64,000 nucleotides of DNA from Anaerolineales bacterium (GTDB lineage Bacteria > Chloroflexota > Anaerolineae > Anaerolineales > E44-bin32), in contig DAOUEQ010000052.1 in the NCBI GenBank assembly GCA_034430395.1, forward strand, positions 17,896 through 81,895, in the 5' to 3' direction. A program made the translations under genes and the position numbers. Shown here one piece after another: positions 57,375 to 64,000 of the stretch (position 1 is the stretch's first letter; each line of letters begins with the position of its first letter). The notes under the pieces are model-generated. The model ran no database searches. It saw only the letters and a program-made list of their open reading frames with translations, and was not told the DNA's origin.

Positions 57375-58619
57375 TTATAGTGACAATCTCACCTCAGTAC
57401 CTGGCTTTAATGCCGCCCAGGAAAACCAGAAATGCTCCCCCGAGATCACTCGCTCGAGCTGGGTGCCCTCCAGTGGTCCAGTGACGGCGTGACCGAGCAG
57501 GTTCCAGCGCGTGCCCGTTTCCTGATCTTCAAAACCGTCCGCCTTTGCAACGAAGGTTAGAGTCTGCCCCTCAACCTCGCGGCTGAAAACACCCGTCGAT
57601 CCGGTATCTGGCCCATTGTTGCCAAAAGCAGAAACCGTGCCTGACTCCCAGAAAATGACGATTGATCTTCCCGCAACCTCGTCGTTCACAACTTTTTCAT
57701 CCGTGAGCCGGCTAAATGGATAAGCGATCGTGACATCCTCGATGTCAATCGCAACCACTCGCTCCATCGGCAGGAGCCGTTCATCCTCACCTTCCACGGG
57801 AAAAAACGGGCTGCTGTTAATGCTGTCGTACCCGGCGTAAGGATTCACACCATAGTCACGAACAGCGCCTGTGTCACGGGCGAGAACCTTGCCGTCTGGA
57901 TGGGAAGCCTTGAAATCAGACCAGGCGATGATCTGTGAGGGGAGAAAATCGAGCATTGTGCCCGTCAGATCACCGACGATGGCCTCTCCTATGAACTGCT
58001 GCCACCAGGAGAATGTCTGGCGATCGTACATGACCAAATCCGAATTGCGCAGGTTTCCGCTCGTCCCAAAGTCCAGCACCTGCCCGTCGTCGAGCGTGCG
58101 CCGGAAGGCGATCATCGTATTGCATAGAGGACAAAAGGTTACGGCCACCGGCTCGCCAGCGACCATGTCGTTGACGATCTCATGCCAGATCAAGATCGCC
58201 TGCGGATAAGCCCGCACGTCGCCGTCGATCTCAAATAACATCACCGACCAATCCTCGCCCAACCACTCACCTGCGTCTTTGACACTTTCGAAAACAGGTT
58301 TGTCGATAGCTGGAATCGCGTCGAGGACAGGATTACCGGTGAAAATTTCGCTCAAGTCGACGCTGTGTTTACAAAAATTCGTCCGCTCAAGCCAGAACGT
58401 CTGCCGGAAGGATATTTCGATGCCCTCAAATGGATAACCGCAGCCCTCGACATCCTTTGAACGCGTGGAGGAAACCGTGGCTTCGGACACATCATCGGCA
58501 GGAATCTCCGGCGTTGGACTCCCAACTGGGTTCTGTACAGTTACTGATGCACATGCGGCGGTGACCATTGACAGAAAACCAATGAAGAGCAAAGGTATCA
58601 ACTTTCCATTATTTAACAT
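57375..58619 (-). CDS. DUF3179 domain protein (probable lipoprotein)
   Basis: DAIPAIDKPVF, VAVTFCPLCNT, FGTSGNLRNSDLVMYDRQT.SWWQQ. ATG 58619 after AAGGGGTGG; lipobox-like MVTAAC. Confidence 0.8.
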   Translation of the reverse strand: MLNNGKLIPLLFIGFLSMVTAACASVTVQNPVGSPTPEIPADDVSEATVSSTRSKDVEGCGYPFEGIEISFRQTFWLERTNFCKHSVDLSEIFTGNPVLDAIPAIDKPVFESVKDAGEWLGEDWSVMLFEIDGDVRAYPQAILIWHEIVNDMVAGEPVAVTFCPLCNTMIAFRRTLDDGQVLDFGTSGNLRNSDLVMYDRQTFSWWQQFIGEAIVGDLTGTMLDFLPSQIIAWSDFKASHPDGKVLARDTGAVRDYGVNPYAGYDSINSSPFFPVEGEDERLLPMERVVAIDIEDVTIAYPFSRLTDEKVVNDEVAGRSIVIFWESGTVSAFGNNGPDTGSTGVFSREVEGQTLTFVAKADGFEDQETGTRWNLLGHAVTGPLEGTQLERVISGEHFWFSWAALKPGTEVRLSL

Positions 58620-58901
58620 TCGTATTCCACCCCTTAACGTCTCCTGGATGCGAGCATGCCTCGCGGCCAGAGTCAACCCAGGGTTCTTCCTTTAGATGGA
58701 ACGGATGGCGCTGTTCTTACGGACTCCACCCTCCGTTTTGGCATACGTTCAAGATCATTGAGAATACCCACAAGAGAGCACAGCCGTTGTGAGCTCCTAC
58801 TTTCTATGCGACCTGGGGACATCGCTGACGCGCTAAACCCACACCCACAACATTCTCACTTGACAGCGCATCCGCCCGTCGGTAGCATTCCCCCACGTTC
58901 A

Positions 58902-60158
58902 ATGAAAACCACAATGCGAAACGGCACTCTAAGCAGAAAATCAACGTCTAGTCCATCATCGCACCGGGTGCTGGCAATTCTCGGCATTGGCACGGCGATC
59001 TCGTTGTTGGGCGACAGCACGCTCTATACTGTGCTCCCCGACCCAAAATTCGCTCTCCAGGCGGCAGTTCCCGTTGCTCAGGTAGGAATCTTGCTGGGGG
59101 CGAATCGGCTCATTCGCATCCTCTTCAACGCACCTGCAGGCGGTCTTATCGACCGTTTTCCACGCAGAGCCTTGATGGTTGGATCGCTCGCCATTGGCGC
59201 CCTCTCCACACTGACGTACGCCATCGGACACGGATTCTGGGTGATGCTCGCGGGGCGGATACTATGGGGCGCCGCTTGGTCCGGCCTGTGGATCGGTGGG
59301 CAGGCGATCGTGCTCGATCTGGCCGACAACGAGAACCGCGGGCGCCTTAGCGGACGCTATCAAACGTGGTTCTTCCTCGGTATCGGCCTCTCTGCCTTCC
59401 TGGGCGGTCTCTTCACCGATATGTTCGGTTACCGCGGCGGACTTTTGCTCAGTGCGTCCCTCACCGCGGTTGCAGCATTCATATGGCTATTTCTCCTTCC
59501 GGAGACCGCGCCGAAACAATCCAAAAAGCGTCGCTCCGATCGGGGTGAGGTTAAACATTTTCGCTGGCGTGTCGCTCTTGTCACCGCCGTTCCCATCTTC
59601 ACAGTGCGCTTCATCTTCGCTGGCGTAATCGCGGCGACATCCATCCTGTGGCTCTCCGGGTTCGCCGGTGAAGGTCTACACGCCCTCGGTCTCTTTCTCC
59701 CCATCGCTACACTCACCGGGATGCTCGTCGCTCTGCGCACGGCTTTCAGTATATTGGGAGCTCCCATCGCCGGATTCCTCTCTGACCGCATCCATGGCCG
59801 GCGCTGGATCATCCTCGGGGCTGCTCTTATGATCGGGTCCGCCGGGTTGTGGCTCATGGGATTCCCTGGTTTACCACTGGCTCTCTTCGGATTGCTGCTT
59901 TCTGCCCTGGCGGCTAGCGCTGTTCAAGCGCTGACAACCGCATATGTGGGTGACAGTACCCCGCCAAGTCTATCGGGGCGGACGCTCAGCGTGATCTTCA
60001 CTTTTGGCGACCTGGGCAGCGCTCTCGGCCCCCCTCTTGCTTTCTTGCTCCTGGTCACTCTTCCACTGGCAACGATTTTTCGCATCTGCGCTGTCATGTC
60101 CCTTGTTGCCTCAATCTTCGCATTCGCCGTGAATGCTGATAAGAAAACTACTGGGTAG
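58902..60158 (+). CDS. MFS transporter
   Basis: 12 hydrophobic segments and the loop 2-3 motif G.L.DRFPRR. Start trimmed to MKTTMRN at 58902. Confidence 0.8.
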   Translation: MKTTMRNGTLSRKSTSSPSSHRVLAILGIGTAISLLGDSTLYTVLPDPKFALQAAVPVAQVGILLGANRLIRILFNAPAGGLIDRFPRRALMVGSLAIGALSTLTYAIGHGFWVMLAGRILWGAAWSGLWIGGQAIVLDLADNENRGRLSGRYQTWFFLGIGLSAFLGGLFTDMFGYRGGLLLSASLTAVAAFIWLFLLPETAPKQSKKRRSDRGEVKHFRWRVALVTAVPIFTVRFIFAGVIAATSILWLSGFAGEGLHALGLFLPIATLTGMLVALRTAFSILGAPIAGFLSDRIHGRRWIILGAALMIGSAGLWLMGFPGLPLALFGLLLSALAASAVQALTTAYVGDSTPPSLSGRTLSVIFTFGDLGSALGPPLAFLLLVTLPLATIFRICAVMSLVASIFAFAVNADKKTTG

Positions 60159-60272
60159 ATAACTTTCTCAGACTGGTGCATAATACATCCACAACGCCGC
60201 GTGAAAGCGTATTTCTTTCACCGCCGAGGTGTATTCGCCTCACTGTAATTACCTGCCCCATGAGATGAAACC

Positions 60273-61871
60273 ATGCAACGTTGGAACGGCTGGGGAGAAA
60301 CGAATCGAAGCTACCATCTACCGCTCGCGGCCCGCACCTACCTTGAAGGACTCCTCGGCGCTGGCGTACACATCCAAGACGCAGATTTTCAGGCATCGCT
60401 CGATGCTGTTCCTCCATCCCGCCTTCCAGATCACCCTCTAATATCCACCGGCAGCGAAGCCCGTCTGCTTCACGCTCGAGGACAGAGCCTGCCCGATTGG
60501 ATTGCCTTGCGATCTGGAGAGATCGCAACTTATCCAGACGGAGTCGCCGTACCTGAGACCGACGATGAGGTTGGGCAACTCATTGGGTTCGCTCAGGAAA
60601 TTGGATGCGCACTGATTCCCTATGGCGGCGGCACCAGCGTCGTCGGGCACATTAACCCCTTGCCTGGAGATCGCCCATCCCTCACCGTTAACATGAGGCG
60701 CATGAACCAGTTGCTAAACTTGGATGAGGAAAGCCGCCTGGCTATGTTCTCTGCTGGTGTAACCGGTCCTGAAATCGAGGCCCAGCTCAAGCCACATGGC
60801 TATACACTGGGACACTTTCCGCAATCCTGGGAGTTATCGACACTCGGGGGCTGGATTGCCACGCGCTCCAGCGGTCAACAGTCTTACCGCTACGGTCGAA
60901 TCGAGGATTTGTTCGCCGGCGGAACCATGATGACTCCTGTGGGCAAAATCCAACTACGTTCACTGCCCGCCAGTGCGGCTGGTCCTGACCTGCGCCAACT
61001 TGTTCTCGGGTCGGAGGGACGCCTGGGCGTGATTACGCAAGCCGAAGTCCGGGTGAGATCTCTCCCTGAGGATGAAATGTTCTTCGGTGCGTTTTTCCGC
61101 GATTGGGAAAGCGGGGTGTCAGCTATGCGCTCCCTCGCCCAGGCAAATGCCCCGATCTCCATGGCTCGACTGAGCGACCCGCTCGAGACGGAGACCACGT
61201 TGGCTCTTGCCGGGCGGGAGAGACTCATCACCTTCGCGGATTACGGCCTTCGTCTCCTTGGGCACGGGGTTGGCCGCTCGCTGTTGATTTATGGCATCAC
61301 TGGCGATCACAACTCAGTTTCCAGCGACCGGCAGGAGGTTAATACCATCTTGCGGCGCTTCAGCGGTCTTCCCGTCGGACCGATGATTGGTCGCCAGTGG
61401 GAGAAATCGCGATTTTTTACCCCTTACCTGCGCAATACACTCTGGGATCTGGGTTATGCCCTTGACACGCTTGAAACCGCTCTCCCCTGGCGGGGGGTTG
61501 GTGCTGCGCGCGCTGACGTGATCCAATCAATTGAACAGGCTTTCCAAGCTGAAGGATCGCGCACACTCGTTTTTTCCCACCTCTCGCATATTTACACCGA
61601 TGGCGCAAGTTTGTACATCACCTACGTCTTCCCTATCAATGTGAACCTTGAACAAACTCTGCATATCTGGCGCATGGCCAAGCATGCCGCATCCGTTAAA
61701 ATCATGGCCAATGGAGGGACCATCAGCCACCAGCACGGCGTCGGCCTAGACCATCTCAACTATATGAAGGACGAGAAGGGGGCGACAGGGCTGAGCCTTC
61801 TCGAAGGGGCAAGAAAGGCTCTTGACCCCCAGGGAATCCTTAACCCGGGGAAGGGTTGGCCATGTTCTTAG
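60273..61871 (+). CDS. FAD-linked oxidase, alkyl-dihydroxyacetonephosphate-synthase-like
   Basis: N-terminus MQRWNGWGE, FAD-binding PCMH region IPYGGGTSVVG, C-terminus HQHGVG.DH. Confidence 0.75.
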   Translation: MQRWNGWGETNRSYHLPLAARTYLEGLLGAGVHIQDADFQASLDAVPPSRLPDHPLISTGSEARLLHARGQSLPDWIALRSGEIATYPDGVAVPETDDEVGQLIGFAQEIGCALIPYGGGTSVVGHINPLPGDRPSLTVNMRRMNQLLNLDEESRLAMFSAGVTGPEIEAQLKPHGYTLGHFPQSWELSTLGGWIATRSSGQQSYRYGRIEDLFAGGTMMTPVGKIQLRSLPASAAGPDLRQLVLGSEGRLGVITQAEVRVRSLPEDEMFFGAFFRDWESGVSAMRSLAQANAPISMARLSDPLETETTLALAGRERLITFADYGLRLLGHGVGRSLLIYGITGDHNSVSSDRQEVNTILRRFSGLPVGPMIGRQWEKSRFFTPYLRNTLWDLGYALDTLETALPWRGVGAARADVIQSIEQAFQAEGSRTLVFSHLSHIYTDGASLYITYVFPINVNLEQTLHIWRMAKHAASVKIMANGGTISHQHGVGLDHLNYMKDEKGATGLSLLEGARKALDPQGILNPGKGWPCS

Positions 61872-61921
61872 GCTCTCTTATCCGCAAGCTCTCCCTCCAG
61901 AGAAAGGAAGACTAAATCCAT

Positions 61922-63532
61922 ATGTGGGATCGAGGATGGCGCGATGATGTTTGGTCTCGCATTGACGGGCCGTGGGATCTCATTGTAATCGGCGGAGGAA
62001 TCACCGGGGCGGGGATCCTGCGCGAGGCAGCCCGCATAGGTTTGCGTACGCTACTTGTCGAAGGCCGTGATTTCGCCTCCGGGACATCAAGCCGCTCATC
62101 CAAACTCGTGCACGGCGGCTTTCGCTACCTGCGCGAAGCCAAGTTTCGCCTGACCTACCATTCCGTGCGTGAGCGGGAAGCGTTACTCAAGCAAGGAAGG
62201 GGGCTGGTCAATCCATTAGGCTTCCTACTTGCCAATTATGCTAATGACCGCATCCCGGGATGGGTCTTCGGGGCTGGATTGATCTTCTATGACATCGTGG
62301 GCCTGCAGTGGGGGCACCGCCATTACGGTCCAGAGGGTCTTCGGTCGCTCTGCCCACAGCTTACATTAGCGGGACTGCAAGGCGGTTATCGCTATTTTGA
62401 CGCACAGACGGACGATGCTCGATTGGTATTACGCATTATACGCGAAGCCGTCGCTGATGGGGCTGTAACCCTTAATTATGCGCGGGTTGAGAATGTGCTG
62501 CGCACGCGGAATGGATCCGTACGCGGAATTTCACTACGGGACATATCACCCAACGGCCACAATCGCATGGCGGAGATCCAGGCCAAGGTAGTTATAAACG
62601 CCACCGGCGCCTGGGCTGACACAGTCCGCTCCATGATCGGCAAGAAACAGCGGCTGCGAAAACTGCGCGGGAGCCATCTGATATTCCCTCAACATGCGCT
62701 TCCTCTCACTCGAGCAGTAAGTTTCCTGCATCCTGCCGACAGCCGTCCCGTTTTTGCCTTACCCTGGGAAGGAGTCACGATTTACGGAACGACGGATATC
62801 GAACACTGCCAGACGCTGAACATGGAACCAATGATGGACATCGAGGAGATTGATTATCTTATGGAAGGTCTCCAGCGAGTTTTCGATGTAGATCTCAGTT
62901 CTGAAGACCTACTTGCTACTTTCGCCGGCGTGCGCGCTGTTGTAGATACGGGGAAAGTTGATCCGTCTCGCGAATCGCGCGAGCACGTTATCTGGGATGA
63001 TCGTGGTTTGGTGACGGTCACGGGAGGAAAATTGACGACTTTCCGGGTCATGGCCATCGATGCTCTGCGCTCCATCCATAGATACTTCTCCGGGGCACCC
63101 CTCCCTGATCGCACGCAGCGCGTATTCAACCAACCTCCGCGTGAATACGCGTTGGGCTGCGATTTTGATCCCGCTATATGCCTGCGGCTGCTCGGCAGAT
63201 ACGGCGATGATGCCCCCGAGATCGTAGCCTGTGCGGAAGAGGGCGAGCTTGAGACTGTCGGCGAATCGCCTTACCTCTGGGCTGAGCTGCGCTGGGCCGC
63301 TCGCGCCGAGGGAATCGTCCACCTCGAAGATTTGATCATGCGGCGTATCCGCCTGGGATTGACCCTGCCCAAGGGCGGCTGGCCGTATATTGATCACGTG
63401 CGCTCCATTGCGCAGTCTGAACTGGGCTGGGACAACAATCGCTGGTCCATTGAACAAGATGCTTACGCAAAACTCTGGAATGATAGCTACAGGCCACCGT
63501 CCTCCCCTCGCATAGCTCTAGCGGCGCAATAG
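61922..63532 (+). CDS. glpD: FAD-dependent glycerol-3-phosphate dehydrogenase
   Basis: DLIVIGGGITGAGI, GTSSRSSKLVHGGFRYL, GGKLTTFR. Confidence 0.85.
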   Translation: MWDRGWRDDVWSRIDGPWDLIVIGGGITGAGILREAARIGLRTLLVEGRDFASGTSSRSSKLVHGGFRYLREAKFRLTYHSVREREALLKQGRGLVNPLGFLLANYANDRIPGWVFGAGLIFYDIVGLQWGHRHYGPEGLRSLCPQLTLAGLQGGYRYFDAQTDDARLVLRIIREAVADGAVTLNYARVENVLRTRNGSVRGISLRDISPNGHNRMAEIQAKVVINATGAWADTVRSMIGKKQRLRKLRGSHLIFPQHALPLTRAVSFLHPADSRPVFALPWEGVTIYGTTDIEHCQTLNMEPMMDIEEIDYLMEGLQRVFDVDLSSEDLLATFAGVRAVVDTGKVDPSRESREHVIWDDRGLVTVTGGKLTTFRVMAIDALRSIHRYFSGAPLPDRTQRVFNQPPREYALGCDFDPAICLRLLGRYGDDAPEIVACAEEGELETVGESPYLWAELRWAARAEGIVHLEDLIMRRIRLGLTLPKGGWPYIDHVRSIAQSELGWDNNRWSIEQDAYAKLWNDSYRPPSSPRIALAAQ

Positions 63533-63651
63533 ATCCATTTCGCATCCTTAAGAGCGCATAGAAATTCAAACTTTTACGCTCCTTGATCATTGTATTCCTG
63601 GGATGTCCAGGAGAGCGGTGATACAATCTCGATCATCAAGGGAATTAATAA

Positions 63652-64000
63652 ATGAGAATCAACCATCACCTGCTGTGGATCGCTTTTTTTGTTGCTCTGA
63701 CGCTAAACGGTTGTCAGGGCAGCGCACCCTCAACCACTGTGGCGGCTTCTCCCACAACTGTTTTAACTACACCTACCGAGACCACCGCAGCTCCGACTCC
63801 AAACCCAACACCAGAGGCGACAGATCCTTCAATCTGTCCCCCTCTGAACGCAGAGCTGCGCAGCCAGATGGCCGAAATCGAATCCCATGTGGTCCAGCTG
63901 CGTGGCCTCCAACCATCCAGACCTGTCATCAGCAACTTACTCACATCGGACCAACTCCGCGAACGTGTGATTCAAGACTTCCTCGGTGATTACACCGAAG
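63652..64000 (+). CDS. lipoprotein, 3' end cut by window edge
   Basis: MRINHHLLWIAFFVALTLNGC lipobox followed by a Thr/Pro-rich linker. Frame is open to the window end. Not in the ORF track, which lists an overlapping out-of-frame ORF instead. Confidence 0.5.
   Translation, partial: MRINHHLLWIAFFVALTLNGCQGSAPSTTVAASPTTVLTTPTETTAAPTPNPTPEATDPSICPPLNAELRSQMAEIESHVVQLRGLQPSRPVISNLLTSDQLRERVIQDFLGDYTE

Noticed and set aside
63603-63989. 128-aa track ORF at the right edge.
   Set aside because: It is out of frame with a much more convincing lipoprotein ORF starting at 63652 (lipobox LNGC, open to the window end), and its translation is Arg/Ser/Cys-rich.
1-64000. Looked for CRISPR arrays, tRNA/rRNA genes, transposases, integrases, phage genes and classical defence genes.
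   Set aside because: I found no regularly spaced direct repeats, no tRNA-like T-arm (GGTTCGAAT-type) in intergenic spacers, and no transposase, integrase or recombinase-like translations in the ORF track.

Overview
64 kb of a moderately high-GC bacterial chromosome. From gene content it looks Chloroflexota- or Terrabacteria-like, but that is inference only. Coding density is high and I found no rRNA, tRNA, CRISPR array, transposase or integrase. Most of the window is housekeeping: pcm, pdxS/pdxT, tmk, gmk, lipA, xth, glpD, cstA, ABC exporters, M23 peptidases and an MrfA-like helicase. Four regions stand out. (1) 53.7-57.1 kb holds a five-gene co-directional cluster with no arsenic genes nearby: two small paralogous proteins of unknown family, two tandem single-domain ArsA/Get3-type ATPases with complementary degenerate switch-II signatures, and a 3-TM TPR protein. 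This is my best candidate for an undescribed system. (2) 33.5-43.4 kb is a metal-homeostasis island with two paralogous split-FeoB loci cut at different domain boundaries, three DtxR-family regulators (one membrane-anchored with tandem FeoA domains), a ZIP transporter, and xth translationally coupled to feoC. (3) 7.2-9.85 kb is a visibly lower-GC ATPase+permease cassette wedged inside another ABC ATPase/permease pair. (4) 11.92-11.97 kb carries twin perfect palindromes (TGTTTCACGTGAAACA) between a GntR-SPFH-DUF4177 unit and a YhfC-ABC operon. All functional calls rest on my recognition of motifs in the supplied translations, with no database search. Start codons are often uncertain because the ORF track uses the longest ORF and alternative starts.
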